A stretch of 6,701 nt of DNA from Amoebophrya sp. A120 (taxonomy: Eukaryota; Protista; Dinoflagellata): positions 2,190,938 to 2,197,638 of the forward strand of contig CAJINV010000001.1 in assembly GCA_905178155.1 (NCBI GenBank), given 5' to 3'. The number at the start of each line of letters is the position of its first letter. The first letter of the stretch is position 1. A model generated the notes under the pieces. The model saw only the letters and a list, made by a program, of their open reading frames with translations. It ran no database searches and was not told the DNA's origin. The position numbers and the translations under genes were made by a program. This document shows positions 6,378 through 6,701 of this stretch, one piece after another.

Positions 6378-6690
6378 CGCCCGGAGGGCGATATTGGTAA
6401 CCAAATGCGTGCGCGAAAATCTAACCAGCGCGAAAGCGGGCTCCACCACTTCCCCGCGGCCCTAAAGGGCCGCGGACAACTACTGTCGCCCGCGGCGGCC
6501 CGCAGGCTCCTGCGATAAGCATTGAAGGCGAAATCCGGTCTGCTATTTCGCAGCGGGGCATCCTTTCTAGCCCCCTGCATGACAAACTGGCCCCCTGGCC
6601 AAGAAGGTATGTGGAAAGCCGAATATCCGCGGACCCTTCCGGGCCACCAAAATCGGGCATTTCAGACGCGGCGGAGGTGCCGAATTTGTG
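6378..6690. repeat. GC-rich array of short hairpins; structured intron or element-like sequence
   Basis: cgccc-gga-gggcg 6378-6390; ttggt-a-accaa 6394-6404; cgc-gaaa-gcg 6429-6438; ccgcggccct-aa-agggccgcgg 6454-6475; cgcagg-ct-cctgcg 6501-6514; gcgaaat...atttcgc 6528-6551; ccc-ttcc-ggg 6634-6643. Confidence 0.7.
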
Positions 6691-6701
6691 CCCCCAACCC
6701 C

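Noticed and set aside
6528-6571. Helitron 3' end (hairpin followed by CTAG at 6567-6570)
   Set aside because: CTAG is followed by C rather than T, the hairpin train continues past it, and no 5' TC terminus can be defined.

Overview
This looks like eukaryotic genomic DNA: it has spliceosomal GT-AG introns and proteins padded with low-complexity sequence. It carries three co-oriented minus-strand genes. (1) The 5' part of a Cys-rich, possibly secreted protein that runs off the left edge. (2) A PrpF/LigU(GalD)/Mii-family isomerase with no intron required in its CDS, large low-complexity insertions and a probable mitochondrial presequence. (3) A multi-exon unknown protein that I reconstructed by hand from five exons and four canonical 80-97 nt introns. 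The style suggests an alveolate such as an Amoebophrya-like syndinian dinoflagellate, but that is inference only. The most unusual signal is in the non-coding DNA: a perfect 51-bp palindrome (25-bp arms) at 1320-1370, a palindrome cluster at 4766-4826, and a GC-rich train of mini-hairpins at 6378-6690. The two strongest palindromic sites each lie about 180-310 nt downstream of a stop codon. I found no rRNA, tRNA, CRISPR array or transposase.
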